NCBI GenBank assembly: GCA_963933835.1
Contig: CAWVVV010000003.1
Location: 252,271 to 316,270, forward strand
DNA length: 64,000 nucleotides
Reading direction: 5' to 3'
Source: an uncultured Puniceicoccaceae bacterium
GTDB taxonomy: Bacteria; Verrucomicrobiota; Verrucomicrobiia; Opitutales; Oceanipulchritudinaceae
In this document: one piece after another, positions 1 to 10,074 of the stretch
How the letters are laid out: each line of letters starts with the position of its first letter
How positions within the stretch are numbered: position 1 is the first letter of the stretch
Translations under genes and position numbers: made by a program
Notes under the pieces: generated by a model
Database searches by the model: none
What the model was told of the DNA's origin: nothing
Seen by the model: the letters and a program-made list of their open reading frames with translations, nothing else

Positions 1-1
1 C

Positions 2-76
2 CCTGACGATGTCCTCCCCACCGACAAAGCGATCTATCTGGAAGAAATCATCGAGGAGGTTTGGTCCAATGAATAA
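2..76 (+). CDS. 3' end of a gene running in from outside the window (...PDDVLPTDKAIYLEEIIEEVWSNE*), possibly a DUF6036-like nucleotidyltransferase
   Basis: Open frame from 2 to TAA 74-76, overlapping the ATG at 69 of the next gene; the family is only a recollection of similar gene pairs. Confidence 0.35.
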   Translation, partial: PDDVLPTDKAIYLEEIIEEVWSNE

Positions 77-596
77 CGAAGCTCCCAGTCGCTGGCCACG
101 CACTCTCGCCGAAGTGGCCGCATTTAGCCAAAGTCTAGAAGACTTCGGACGCTACCTCCGCGAATGGGAACACTCGATCTCGCGCAAAGGCGTGCACAGT
201 CGCCCCGGCCTCAGGAAAGCCCTCGCCGACGAACCCATTGTATTAGAAAATAAATACACTGGCGGTGATATCGCCGACGCCTACCTGGCCGCCCTTGCAG
301 AATGGCTCGTCCGCAAGCACGCGCTCAAAGAGATCGACTGGCCCAAAGATCCTAACCGCTACACCGAGCAAGCCTGGTGGGCAAACGGCTTTCAAGCCTC
401 CCTCCTCGCCAGCACCCCAGCCTCTTTTCGCACGCGTAATCTTTTCACCATTCCGCACGACCCCTTCAAATCCCGCCGCGGACGCCCGCCCGTCACTGAA
501 GAACAAAAACGCGAAAAACAAAGAGTCCGCCAAAAACGCTACCGCGATCACACGCGCGAGCTCCTCCAAATAGCCCGACAATTGGGGCACAGCTAA
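69..596 (+). CDS. Hypothetical protein with a basic C-terminal tail (RRGRPP...KQRVRQKRYR); possible antitoxin/DNA-binding partner
   Basis: ORF 9..596; ATG at 69 overlaps the upstream stop; motifs RTLAEVA, DAYLAALAEWL, TPASFRTRNLF. Confidence 0.7.
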   Translation: MNNEAPSRWPRTLAEVAAFSQSLEDFGRYLREWEHSISRKGVHSRPGLRKALADEPIVLENKYTGGDIADAYLAALAEWLVRKHALKEIDWPKDPNRYTEQAWWANGFQASLLASTPASFRTRNLFTIPHDPFKSRRGRPPVTEEQKREKQRVRQKRYRDHTRELLQIARQLGHS

Positions 597-617
597 GAGC
601 GAATTTCATGCTCAACA

Positions 618-653
618 ACTGCGGTCGGTTGGGGACAACCGACCCTACCCTAA
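618..653 (-). repeat. GTAG-type REP palindrome, copy 1
   Basis: Minus strand GGTAGGGTCGGTTGTCCCCAACCGACCG; 35/36 identical to 738-773; 30-nt core identical to 57575-57604. Confidence 0.85.
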
Positions 654-737
654 ACCCTGTTATCCTGAACATCCTGTCCAGCCATGTAGAAAACCCTCTG
701 TGCCTCTGTGCCTCCGTGAGAAATCTATCTCTTTACT

Positions 738-773
738 ACTGCGGTCGGTTAGGGACAACCGACCCTACCCTAA
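738..773 (-). repeat. GTAG-type REP palindrome, copy 2 (supplies the valS stop codon)
   Basis: Direct repeat of 618-653 exactly 120 bp away, one mismatch; its GTAG contains the valS TAG (765-767). Confidence 0.85.
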
Positions 774-3584
774 GGTCTCGAGCAGGCGCTTGATCTCGTC
801 GCGCTTGGCTTGAGTCTCGGCGAGTTGTTTGCGGGCGCCTTCGACGACTGCAGGCGGGGCGCTGTTGACGAATTTTTCGTTCTTCAACTTGCCTTCACCG
901 GCACGGATGCCGCCTTCGAGTTTTTGTAGTTCTTTTTCAAGACGCGTGCGTTCGGCATCGACATCAATCGAGCCGGAGAGGTCGACGAAGACGGAACCCA
1001 GATTTGTCACTGAAGCAGGCATGCCTTCGGGAGCAGCGGACTCAATCGAGATCTTTGCTACCGGGATAAGGCTGAGGAGCATCTCCTCATTCTTCGTCAG
1101 CGCATCGCGGGAAGCATCGCTTTCTGGAACGACGTAAAGATCGACATCCTTTTTATTTGCGAGGCGATACTGTGCTTTGAGAGCACGGGCGCGGGTGATG
1201 AATTCTTTAAGCGATTCGAGTTCATTCGCTGTTGTATCTGAAATCTCAATACCTTGGGCCTTGAGGCCCGCTTCAATCTCGTCGGCTTTCGCCACGCGAT
1301 TATCTTGAAGGAGCTTGCCTTCGACGGCGAAGCCGAGCCCTTGGAAGAGCTCTTCAGTGATGAAAGGCAGAACTGGATGCAGGAGTAAGAGTCCCTGACG
1401 CAGAACGAGGTCGATGACGGCGAGGGCGTTGTCTCGATTCGCTTCGTCGCGCAGGCGTGGCTTTACGATCTCAACATACCAGTCGCAATAGTCGCTCCAG
1501 AGGAAGGCGTAGAGCTGCTCGCAGTATTGCGGCATCTCATAGCGCTCGAAGTTGCCTTCGATCTTACGCGTCGTCTCGATGAGGCGGGCGAGGATCCAGC
1601 GGTCAGCGGTTTCGAGCTGGGCAGGATCAATGCGAGCAAACTGGCTCTCGAAGTCACTGCTTTTCACTACATCGCCACTCATCTGACGGAAGCGGATGGC
1701 GTTCCAAAGTTTATTACAGAAGTTGCGTCCGAGTTCTGAGGACGGCACGTCGATGCTTTCTCCATCCTTCGCCGGAGTGAACTTGTAGAGGATGTCTTGC
1801 CCGCTTGGCGCGAGACTGACGACGCCCCAGCGCATGGCATCGGCACCATACTTCTCGATGATCTCAAGCGGATCGGGTGAGTTGCCCAAGCTCTTCGACA
1901 TCTTGCGGCCTTTGCCATCGCGAATAAGGCCGGTCATGTAGACGTCCTTAAACGGAATACGCTCTGCGAGCTGTTCATCGGTGAGGGTTTCGCTCGCCTC
2001 TCCTTTGAATTCGAGCCCCGCGATGATCATGCGGGCGACCCAGAGGAAGATAATATCAAAGCCCGTCACGAGGACGCTTGTCGGGTAGAAGTAAGCGAGC
2101 TCTTTGGCTCCTTCGCCGTTTTCTTCCGGCCAGCCAAAGTTTGCTAGGCACCAGAGCCATGATGAGGCCCAGGTATCCAAAACATCATTCTCCTGCTCCC
2201 AGTTCTCGGGATCACTTGGGCCATCGACGGAGACGTGGACGAGCTCAGGATTCTGATAATCGGCTTCAGTCCAAGCGGAGCGATCACTCCCCTTCTTATA
2301 CCAGACCGGAATGCGGTGCCCCCACCAAAGTTGGCGGCTGATGCACCAGTCGATCTTGTCGTTCTGCATCGTATCGAGCCAATGCATGTAAGTCTTTTCC
2401 CAGCGCTTGGGGTGGAACTGGATGATGCCTTTTTCGACGACCTGCTTGGCTTCTTCGACCTTCGGGTAGCGCATCCACCATTGTTGGGTGAGACGCGGCT
2501 CAACCGGCACGCCACCGCGCTCGGAGTAGCCGACGCTGTTTTCGTAGGCTTCGGTTTCGACGAGGAGTCCGAGTTCTTCGAGCTTCGCGATCGCTTTTTT
2601 GCGGGCTACGAAGCGATCGAGGCCGGCAAAGTCTTCTCCCGCTATGGCGCTGAGGGTGCCGTCGGGATTGAGGACGTCGATGATTGGCAGGTCGTGGCGT
2701 TGGCCGATCTCAAAGTCGACCGAGTCGTGCGCAGGCGTGACCTTGAGGCAACCGGTGCCAAATTCGCGGTCAACTGCCTCGTCACCAACGATAGGAATTT
2801 CTTCGCGTGGGAACGGGCGCCAAATTGTCTTTCCGATGAGATGCTGATAACGCTCGTCCTCAGGGTGAACCGCCACAGCGGTGTCGCCCATGATTGTCTC
2901 TGGACGCGTCGTCGAGATCTCCAAGTGCGTGCGCTTCACTCCATCGGGACCGGTGGACGGCTCGGCAAGCTCGTAGCGCATCTTGTAGAAGGAACCTTTC
3001 TGCGGACGCATGAGGACCTCTTCATTGCTGAGCGCAGTCTGGTCTTTCGGGCACCAGTTACTCATGCGTAGACCGCGGTAGAGGTAGCCGCGCTCGTAGA
3101 GTTTCACGAAGGCCGCTAGAACCGCTTTCGCATAGCTCTCATCGAGGGTGAAGCTCTGGCGATCCCAGTCGCAGGAAGCACCGAGTTTCTGGAGCTGATT
3201 AAAGATGATGCCGCCGTGCTCTTCCTTCCACTTCCAAACTTCGTCGACAAACTTTTCGCGCCCGAGGTCGCGGCGATCGATGCCCTCTTCCTTCAGCTTC
3301 TTCTCGACCCGAGATTGCGTCGCAATGCCAGCGTGGTCGGTCCCGGGGTACCAGAGCGCCGACTTTCCTTCCAAGCGGGCACGGCGGGTAAAGATGTCCT
3401 GAAGGGTGTTGTTCAGGATGTGTCCCATGTGCAGAATCCCCGTCACATTCGGCGGCGGAATCATAATCGCGTGCGGCTCACGCTCGTCGTCGACAGTGGC
3501 CGCGAAGGCTTTTTGGCGGAGCCATTCGGCATACCAGCGGTCTTCTACAGCAGAGGGGTCGTATGTTTTGGCGATTTCGGACAT
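765..3584 (-). CDS. valS: Valine--tRNA ligase
   Basis: 939 aa; PPPNVTGILHMGH (HIGH), KMSKS, DWCISRQLWWGHRIP, C-terminal coiled coil. Confidence 0.98.
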   Translation of the reverse strand: MSEIAKTYDPSAVEDRWYAEWLRQKAFAATVDDEREPHAIMIPPPNVTGILHMGHILNNTLQDIFTRRARLEGKSALWYPGTDHAGIATQSRVEKKLKEEGIDRRDLGREKFVDEVWKWKEEHGGIIFNQLQKLGASCDWDRQSFTLDESYAKAVLAAFVKLYERGYLYRGLRMSNWCPKDQTALSNEEVLMRPQKGSFYKMRYELAEPSTGPDGVKRTHLEISTTRPETIMGDTAVAVHPEDERYQHLIGKTIWRPFPREEIPIVGDEAVDREFGTGCLKVTPAHDSVDFEIGQRHDLPIIDVLNPDGTLSAIAGEDFAGLDRFVARKKAIAKLEELGLLVETEAYENSVGYSERGGVPVEPRLTQQWWMRYPKVEEAKQVVEKGIIQFHPKRWEKTYMHWLDTMQNDKIDWCISRQLWWGHRIPVWYKKGSDRSAWTEADYQNPELVHVSVDGPSDPENWEQENDVLDTWASSWLWCLANFGWPEENGEGAKELAYFYPTSVLVTGFDIIFLWVARMIIAGLEFKGEASETLTDEQLAERIPFKDVYMTGLIRDGKGRKMSKSLGNSPDPLEIIEKYGADAMRWGVVSLAPSGQDILYKFTPAKDGESIDVPSSELGRNFCNKLWNAIRFRQMSGDVVKSSDFESQFARIDPAQLETADRWILARLIETTRKIEGNFERYEMPQYCEQLYAFLWSDYCDWYVEIVKPRLRDEANRDNALAVIDLVLRQGLLLLHPVLPFITEELFQGLGFAVEGKLLQDNRVAKADEIEAGLKAQGIEISDTTANELESLKEFITRARALKAQYRLANKKDVDLYVVPESDASRDALTKNEEMLLSLIPVAKISIESAAPEGMPASVTNLGSVFVDLSGSIDVDAERTRLEKELQKLEGGIRAGEGKLKNEKFVNSAPPAVVEGARKQLAETQAKRDEIKRLLETLG

Positions 3585-3736
3585 GGTCTGAAAGGGGCTT
3601 AAAAGAAGCCGAAAAGAGAGTTCTTCCCAGCTCAGTAGGTCAACGGGAAACGCTAGGGGGGCAATCTAAGGGAAGGAGAAACAATCCGGCTACTCTTCCG
3701 TCTTGCCCCACGCCCGCACAACCCCAGCGTGAGGCG

Positions 3737-4462
3737 ATGGATAGCACCGAAGTGCGGCTACAAAAGTATCTCGCGGACCAAGGCATCGCCTCCCGCCGCC
3801 AAGCAGAAACTTTCATCGAAGAAGGGCGCGTGCGCGTGAACGGCCAACGCGCTAAACTCGGGACGAAAGTCACCGCGGGCAAAGATGAGGTCGTCTTCGA
3901 TGGCAATCTGATTGGTCACATCCAGCAGAAGCCCGTCGTTCTCGCTTTGAACAAACCGAAGGGCCTTCTCTGTAGCCACCGCGATCCGTATCACAAGCGG
4001 ACGATATATGACCTCATTCCTCCGCCCTTCAGCGAGCAACGTCTCTTCTGCGCTGGACGCCTCGACAAGGAGAGCGAAGGCCTGATCATCATCACAAACG
4101 ACGGCGCACTCGTTCACCGCCTGACCCACCCTTCGAGCCAAATCATCAAACGCTATAAGGTGACTCTCGATAAAGACTTCAACGAGAAGCACACGCGCAA
4201 CCTGCTCGAAGGCATCACCTGGGAGGGCGAACGCCTGAAGGTAGAGAAGGTCCTTCCCGATCGCCACGTCGGCTGCCAAAACCAACTCGAACTCCACCTC
4301 CACCACGGGAAGAAACGTGAGATCCGCCGCCTCATGGTCGCACTCGGTTACGATGTGCAGCGTCTCCAACGCTTCCAAATTGGAAATCTCGGGGTGAAGG
4401 GCATCAGCAAGGGACAAGTCAAAGTCCTCCGCAAATCGGATATCGATCGATTATTCAATTGA
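3737..4462 (+). CDS. RsuA/RluB-family rRNA pseudouridine synthase
   Basis: S4 domain RLQKYLA..GIASRR, GRLDKESEGL, GKKREIRR; start moved to ATG 3737. Confidence 0.93.
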   Translation: MDSTEVRLQKYLADQGIASRRQAETFIEEGRVRVNGQRAKLGTKVTAGKDEVVFDGNLIGHIQQKPVVLALNKPKGLLCSHRDPYHKRTIYDLIPPPFSEQRLFCAGRLDKESEGLIIITNDGALVHRLTHPSSQIIKRYKVTLDKDFNEKHTRNLLEGITWEGERLKVEKVLPDRHVGCQNQLELHLHHGKKREIRRLMVALGYDVQRLQRFQIGNLGVKGISKGQVKVLRKSDIDRLFN

Positions 4463-4503
4463 ACTGAACAAAGCTTCACGACACACTTTTAAAACCTTTC
4501 CCA

Positions 4504-5331
4504 ATGAGAACTCTGTCCTTCATCACCCTCTTTGCCACGATCACACTTTTGGCTTCAGCGGTTCAGGCGGTGCCTGTATCGCTCTATGCAACCCCGAATG
4601 AGTCGAGCCGCGTTATCGCCGTCGCAGAGCCAGGCTCAAGCAGCCTAGAACACAGCCAAAAGGTCTCGGAGCTTCCGGGTTGGAACTTTGCCGCTTACAC
4701 TGGACCGATCACCGGTTATGTTGCGCTCGCCGATGTCGATGACTCCGGAAAACCAACCCTTGGCGCTCCCCTCCTCCTCGAGCCTAGCAGCGATGCCGAA
4801 TCGATCGCATCCATTTTCCCCAGCGATGAGGTCTTGATCGAGACAAGTTCAAACCCAGAGTTCTTTCTCGTCACTTTTCAATCCTCGATCGGCCTCTACT
4901 ATTCTGACCAACAACCCGTTGAAGTTATCATCGTGGATGATGTCGTCGGCACAGTGGATACACCACCCGCAGTGGAAACCCCTGTGATAGAAGCGCCTGC
5001 AGTTGCAACGCCCGCAGAGGTCAAAGTGCCAGCGCCCACTGCACCTCCAGGACCGAAGCAAAAACCCACTCTAGTGGATACGTCCTTCACCCTGCGCGGC
5101 ACCCTTCAGACCAAAATCTCTTCGTTCTATTTCTTTGCCCCTCGTCATCGCTATCTGCTGAAGGACGACGATGGATCCCGCCTCGCGTGGCTCGAAATTG
5201 ACAACGCGGTGCTGGCTCGACCGCTATCGTCCCTCATTGGCAAAGAAGTCGTCATCTATGGCGATCGAAAGCTGCTCCCTGAAAGCAGGGGTGCTTACAT
5301 CGCGGTTCGAAGCATCCGCATCGCTTTCTAG
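4504..5331 (+). CDS. Secreted hypothetical protein with a Pro/Ala/Thr linker
   Basis: 275 aa ORF with signal peptide (..ASAVQA) and a Pro-rich mid-region. Confidence 0.75.
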   Translation: MRTLSFITLFATITLLASAVQAVPVSLYATPNESSRVIAVAEPGSSSLEHSQKVSELPGWNFAAYTGPITGYVALADVDDSGKPTLGAPLLLEPSSDAESIASIFPSDEVLIETSSNPEFFLVTFQSSIGLYYSDQQPVEVIIVDDVVGTVDTPPAVETPVIEAPAVATPAEVKVPAPTAPPGPKQKPTLVDTSFTLRGTLQTKISSFYFFAPRHRYLLKDDDGSRLAWLEIDNAVLARPLSSLIGKEVVIYGDRKLLPESRGAYIAVRSIRIAF

Positions 5332-5432
5332 GATAGCTAAACTTTTTCAGGCAGTTACAAAAGTAGGCACCTCATTCTTTGTTTAGGACAGAGAAGAGAG
5401 CCCACGCACAGGCTTCGTCTAAAGTTATTCAT

Positions 5433-6317
5433 ATGAACGTAATTAGTGGTAAAACCATCTCTCAAAGTATCTTCAACGAGATCAAAGACTGTGTCAGCCA
5501 GCTGGATGGGCGTCCGCCAGCGGTGGCCTTTATTCGAGTTGGTGACGATCCAGCGTCCGTTTCCTACGTCCGCACGAAGGAAAAGCGGGCAATTGAAGTC
5601 GGGATCAAGTCACTCATGCACTTGCTCCCGGAAACAATCAGCCAAGAGGAGCTATTTGCCGTCATCGACGAGCTAAATGCAGACGAGACGATCGATGGGA
5701 TCCTCGTACAGGCCCCGCTCCCGAGCCATCTCGACGAACGCGCCACCTTCAACCGCGTCTTACCGGACAAAGACGTCGACGGCTTCAACAGCGCCAATCT
5801 CGGCCGCCTTGTGCAAGACGATCCAGACGGATTTATCGCCTGCACCCCAGCGGGCGTCGTAGAGATGATCAAACGCAGCGGCATCGAAACTACGGGTCGC
5901 CACGTCGTCGTGCTCGGCCGAAGTCTCATCGTTGGAAAGCCCGCAGCCCTCCTTTTCATGCGCAAAGGCGCTTTCGCAGATGCGACCGTGACGGTCTGCC
6001 ACTCACGCACCCAGAACCTAGCAGAGATCACAAAAAAGGCAGATATCCTCATCGCGGCGATAGGAAGACCTCATTTTGTCACTGCGGATATGGTTAAAGA
6101 GGGAGCCGTGGTGGTCGATGTTGGAATCAATCGTGTTGATGCACCTGAAACAGCAAAAGGTTACAAAGTCGTAGGAGATGTTGATTATGACGCTGTGGCC
6201 CCGAAAACATCACATATCACTCCCGTCCCTGGCGGGGTTGGTCTAATGACAGTGGCCATGCTCATGGCTAACACCTTCAAAGCGTACCAGCTCCATACCG
6301 CCGCCCTGAAAACATAA
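5433..6317 (+). CDS. folD: Methylene-THF dehydrogenase/cyclohydrolase
   Basis: YVRTK, KDVDGF, CTPAG, GRSLIVGKP, ITPVPGGVGLMT. Confidence 0.97.
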   Translation: MNVISGKTISQSIFNEIKDCVSQLDGRPPAVAFIRVGDDPASVSYVRTKEKRAIEVGIKSLMHLLPETISQEELFAVIDELNADETIDGILVQAPLPSHLDERATFNRVLPDKDVDGFNSANLGRLVQDDPDGFIACTPAGVVEMIKRSGIETTGRHVVVLGRSLIVGKPAALLFMRKGAFADATVTVCHSRTQNLAEITKKADILIAAIGRPHFVTADMVKEGAVVVDVGINRVDAPETAKGYKVVGDVDYDAVAPKTSHITPVPGGVGLMTVAMLMANTFKAYQLHTAALKT

Positions 6318-6323
6318 AACTCA

Positions 6324-7508
6324 GTGAAAACTCCTTCCAAAGTCCTCGTCGTTGACGACCAGCCCGTAAATGTAAAACTTCTCCAACGTAAATTGGAGCG
6401 CGTGGGCATGAGTGTCGTCACTGCATTTCGAGGGGAGCAAGCACTCAAACTTGCTAAGGAAGAGCTGCCAGACATTATCCTTCTCGACATCATGATGCCT
6501 GAAGTGGACGGATTTGAAGTCTGGCGTCGGCTCAAAGAGAAGAAGTCAACCAAGTCGATCCCAGTCATCTTTATCACTGCGAAGACATCTCGTGAGGGTA
6601 AACTGAAGGGTCTAGATACAGGCGCTGCAGACTACATTACAAAACCGATCGACCTCGACGAAACGATCGCTCGGATCAATGCGCAGCTTAAAATCCAGCA
6701 AAACCACAAAGAGAATCTAAACCTGCAGAACCGCCTCAGTGAGATGCGCAAGCAGGCTGCCGTCGGCCATGTTGTCGAAGGGATTGCTCACAATTTAAAT
6801 AATCTCCTTGGGGTCGTCGTTGGCTACCTCGATCTCATGCGTAACTCTTTCGATTCGAAAGAACGTTTCGACCGCAGCTCTGACCAGCTCGACAGTGGCG
6901 TAAAGCGCTTGGTGGAGATCGTTCGCCAGCTCACGACAGTGGCTGAGTTCGATGAAGTCAGAAAGTCACCCCACTCCCTCGAAGTCATCGTCGAGAACGG
7001 CATTCAACGCTTTCATCAGGAAACGGGGATACACCATCCCGTGAAGCTCACGATGCGCGATCTGGACATGGACATCGATACGAACGCTGAGATGCTCGAA
7101 GACACCGTCGTCCGACTGCTTACTAATTCGTGGGAGAGCTATGAGCGCTTGCCGGAAGTGCCGGAAACACGGCCACTCAATATCGAGGTAGCGATGTCTA
7201 GCTATTTGGATAAACCGGCTGCACTGATCCAAATCATCGACGAAGGCTGCGGACTTCCCGAAGATATGTTGGAAAACGTCTTTGATCCATTTGTCACCAC
7301 CGACCCAGCTGTTGGGCGTGGCATGGGAATGACAATTGCACGTCACTCAATTCGCTCCCTTGGCGGTGATATCCATATCTCAAACCAGCCGACCGGCGCC
7401 GCCATCGTTGCGATCAAGCATCCCTTGGGTATTGATGACAAACCATCGATGGTGGACGTCGTCTCAGGCAAAGCGCAGGTAAATCTGCCCGTCAGCAACC
7501 GCTTTTAG
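6324..7508 (+). CDS. Hybrid receiver / histidine kinase
   Basis: N-terminal REC (VVDD, LLDIMMP), H-box GIAHNLNN, G boxes DEGCG, FDPFVTT, GRGMGM. Confidence 0.92.
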   Translation: MKTPSKVLVVDDQPVNVKLLQRKLERVGMSVVTAFRGEQALKLAKEELPDIILLDIMMPEVDGFEVWRRLKEKKSTKSIPVIFITAKTSREGKLKGLDTGAADYITKPIDLDETIARINAQLKIQQNHKENLNLQNRLSEMRKQAAVGHVVEGIAHNLNNLLGVVVGYLDLMRNSFDSKERFDRSSDQLDSGVKRLVEIVRQLTTVAEFDEVRKSPHSLEVIVENGIQRFHQETGIHHPVKLTMRDLDMDIDTNAEMLEDTVVRLLTNSWESYERLPEVPETRPLNIEVAMSSYLDKPAALIQIIDEGCGLPEDMLENVFDPFVTTDPAVGRGMGMTIARHSIRSLGGDIHISNQPTGAAIVAIKHPLGIDDKPSMVDVVSGKAQVNLPVSNRF

Positions 7509-7581
7509 AAGCGCGCTGGGGAGAACCCAACGCGAAAGGTGCCTTGCCAGTCGGGGCATTCTTAACAATAGTCTCACTGAT

Positions 7582-8394
7582 ATGAAATCAGGAGAGCAGC
7601 TCGGCTTCATAGGTTCAGGCCGCATGGCGCAAGCCATGATCAAAGGGATTCTCGAAAACGCTTATTGCGCACCCGATCAAATCCGATGCACCAGCGCGAC
7701 GGATGGAACAGGAGAAGCCGCAGCGACACGTTTTGGCATTTCATACACGCCTGATCTCGACGCGCTCGTCGATCCCAGCGATACGCTCATCCTCGCGATT
7801 AAACCGCAGCAGCTGAATGACCTTCCGAGCTCTATTGCAGAGGACACGCAGGGCAAGTTGATCGTCTCGATCCTTGCAGGCACTCCGCTCAAAAAGCTCC
7901 AAGCGACCTTTCCAAAAGCACGCAACATCGTCCGCGCGATGCCCAACACACCGGGCATGATCGGGCATGGGGTGACTGCTTATGCTTCGGCAAACACCCT
8001 CAGTGAAACTGACGACAGTATCGCCGTCGGACTCCTCGGGGCCCTAGGAAAACTCATTTCCCTGCCGGAAGATAAGCTGGACGCTGTCACCGGCGTGAGC
8101 GGAAGCGGACCAGCCTACCTCTTTGAATTTGTCGCAGCCCTCCGCGACGGTGGTATCGCAGCTGGGCTCGACAGCGAGACAGCCTATACCCTCGCTCTGG
8201 AAACGACGCGAGGCGCTGCCGAACTGCTCAAACAAGTACCTGAGACACCCGAGCAACATCGCGACTGGGTGAGCTCTCCCGGAGGCACGACGCTCGCTGG
8301 GCTAGGCGTAATGAAAAGCCACGACGTTCGCCAAATTCTGAAAGACACCGTTCTCGCAGCCGCCGCCCGCTCGAAAGAGCTCGCGCAGGATTAA
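7582..8394 (+). CDS. proC: Pyrroline-5-carboxylate reductase
   Basis: GFIGSGRMA, RAMPNTP, GSGPAY, VSSPGGTT. Confidence 0.96.
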   Translation: MKSGEQLGFIGSGRMAQAMIKGILENAYCAPDQIRCTSATDGTGEAAATRFGISYTPDLDALVDPSDTLILAIKPQQLNDLPSSIAEDTQGKLIVSILAGTPLKKLQATFPKARNIVRAMPNTPGMIGHGVTAYASANTLSETDDSIAVGLLGALGKLISLPEDKLDAVTGVSGSGPAYLFEFVAALRDGGIAAGLDSETAYTLALETTRGAAELLKQVPETPEQHRDWVSSPGGTTLAGLGVMKSHDVRQILKDTVLAAAARSKELAQD

Positions 8395-9152
8395 AGGTCG
8401 AGATCAACGCCCACTGGGCAGTGGTCGCTTCCCATCACATCCGGCCAGATAAAGGCGTCCTTCAAATTCGGGCGCAGTGCTTCTGACAAGCAAACGTAGT
8501 CGATTCTCCACCCGACATTTCTAGAGCGTGCACCCATCCGGTAGCTCCACCAAGTGTAGTGATCAGGCTCATCTGGATGCAGCTCGCGGAAGCTATCGAT
8601 AAAACCCGCCTTAAAGTGTCCTGAAAGTTCACTACGTTCTTCATCGGTGAAGCCGGCGTTCTTTCGATTCGTTTTCGGATTCCTCAAATCGATCTCCTCG
8701 TAGGCAACATTGAGGTCACCGCAGAAAACCAGTGGCTTCTTAGCTGAAAGGGCCGAGCAATATTTACGAAATTTCTTGTCCCAAGTTTGCGTCCGAAACT
8801 CGAGCCGCGCGAGCTCGTTACCCGAATTTGGGGTATACACATTGAGGAGGTAAAAGTCATCGAATTCCGCGGTAATCACCCTGCCCTCTGCATCCCCTTC
8901 GGCCTCGCCAATGCCAGTCCAGACTGAGATCGGTGCAACGCGTGTGGCAACCAGCGTACCTGAGTAGCCTAGCTTGTTAGCCGAGTTCCAAAACACCTGA
9001 TAGCCCTCCGGCCAATCAAACTCAACCTGCTCGGCTCGCGCCTTGATTTCTTGCAGGCAAATCACGTCAGCGTCGGCCTTCGCGACAAAGTCAGCAAAGC
9101 CCTTCCCGATGGCAGCCCTCAGGCCATTCACATTCCAGCTCACAATACGCAT
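8391..9152 (-). CDS. xth: Exodeoxyribonuclease III (ExoA/Xth)
   Basis: SWNVNGLRA, LQEIK, CGDLNVA, YTWWSYR, GWRIDY, GSDHCP; start at ATG 9152. Confidence 0.96.
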   Translation of the reverse strand: MRIVSWNVNGLRAAIGKGFADFVAKADADVICLQEIKARAEQVEFDWPEGYQVFWNSANKLGYSGTLVATRVAPISVWTGIGEAEGDAEGRVITAEFDDFYLLNVYTPNSGNELARLEFRTQTWDKKFRKYCSALSAKKPLVFCGDLNVAYEEIDLRNPKTNRKNAGFTDEERSELSGHFKAGFIDSFRELHPDEPDHYTWWSYRMGARSRNVGWRIDYVCLSEALRPNLKDAFIWPDVMGSDHCPVGVDLDL

Positions 9153-9260
9153 ACCTTCGAGGCTCATCGAGCCCTCCCTCAAAGCAAGGGTTATCGGCAC
9201 TTTTTGAAAAGATGAGACACTTGCTATTACGATGCCGGCACGTTTGTCTGGATAAGAACT

Positions 9261-9575
9261 ATGATCCTAACAAATTTGGAAACCGTCCCTGGTAAAAATA
9301 TCCTGGCACATTACGGACTGGTGTCGGGCAACACGGTACGAGCAAAGCACGTTGGTAGGGACATCGCTGCGAGCCTCAAAAACATCGTCGGAGGCGAGCT
9401 CAAAGGTTACACAGAACTTCTTGAAGACTCGCGCAAAGAAGCAACCGCGCGCATGTCCGAGCAGGCGACAGCACTTGGAGCGAACGCCGTCATCAATATA
9501 CGCTTTTCCACCTCCGCCGTGGCCCAAGGCGCCTCCGAACTCTACGTCTACGGCACTGCCGTAAGCGTCGAATAA
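9261..9575 (+). CDS. YbjQ/UPF0145 family protein
   Basis: GRDIAASLKNIVGGELKGYT, GANAVINIRF, YGTAV. Confidence 0.92.
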   Translation: MILTNLETVPGKNILAHYGLVSGNTVRAKHVGRDIAASLKNIVGGELKGYTELLEDSRKEATARMSEQATALGANAVINIRFSTSAVAQGASELYVYGTAVSVE

Positions 9576-9600
9576 GGACCAGAAACGAATCACGCGAACG

Positions 9601-10074
9601 ATGTCTACTGGACTCCTCATTGCCCTCGCCTATGGCATACCGCTGATCTTAGCCGTCGGTGGCTTGATCATCGGAACGATTCTTGAGCGGCGCCACTTCG
9701 TCTCGATACGTGAACGCGAAGCTCGCTTTCTACATTGCCCAGCGATAACGAGCAAACACTGGGACGCATCCCGAACCGTCGACGCAAGCACGATCGTTTC
9801 GGCATCGACGGTTGTTTCTCTCGATTACTTTAAGCGCATTCTAGCTAACTTAAGAAACCTCTTTGGAGGGCGTGTTCGCTCCTACGAAACCCTCATGGAT
9901 CGCGCAAAACGCGAAGCGATTCTTCGCCTCCACGAGGCTTCACCTGAATGCGAGATCATCCTTAACCTCCGTATTCAAACCACTACGATCGTATCCGTGC
10001 ACAACCGCGGCAAAGGTATCGGCGGTATTGAGGTCCTCGCATACGGTACCGCTGTGCGTTATACGGCTGTTTAA
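9601..10074 (+). CDS. Membrane-anchored YbjQ family protein
   Basis: N-terminal TM, LRNLFGGRVRSYETLMDRAKREA, EVLAYGTAV. Confidence 0.88.
   Translation: MSTGLLIALAYGIPLILAVGGLIIGTILERRHFVSIREREARFLHCPAITSKHWDASRTVDASTIVSASTVVSLDYFKRILANLRNLFGGRVRSYETLMDRAKREAILRLHEASPECEIILNLRIQTTTIVSVHNRGKGIGGIEVLAYGTAVRYTAV

Noticed and set aside
608..793. 61-aa ORF with duplicated CGRLGTTDPTL
   Set aside because: It is simply the translation of the two REP copies
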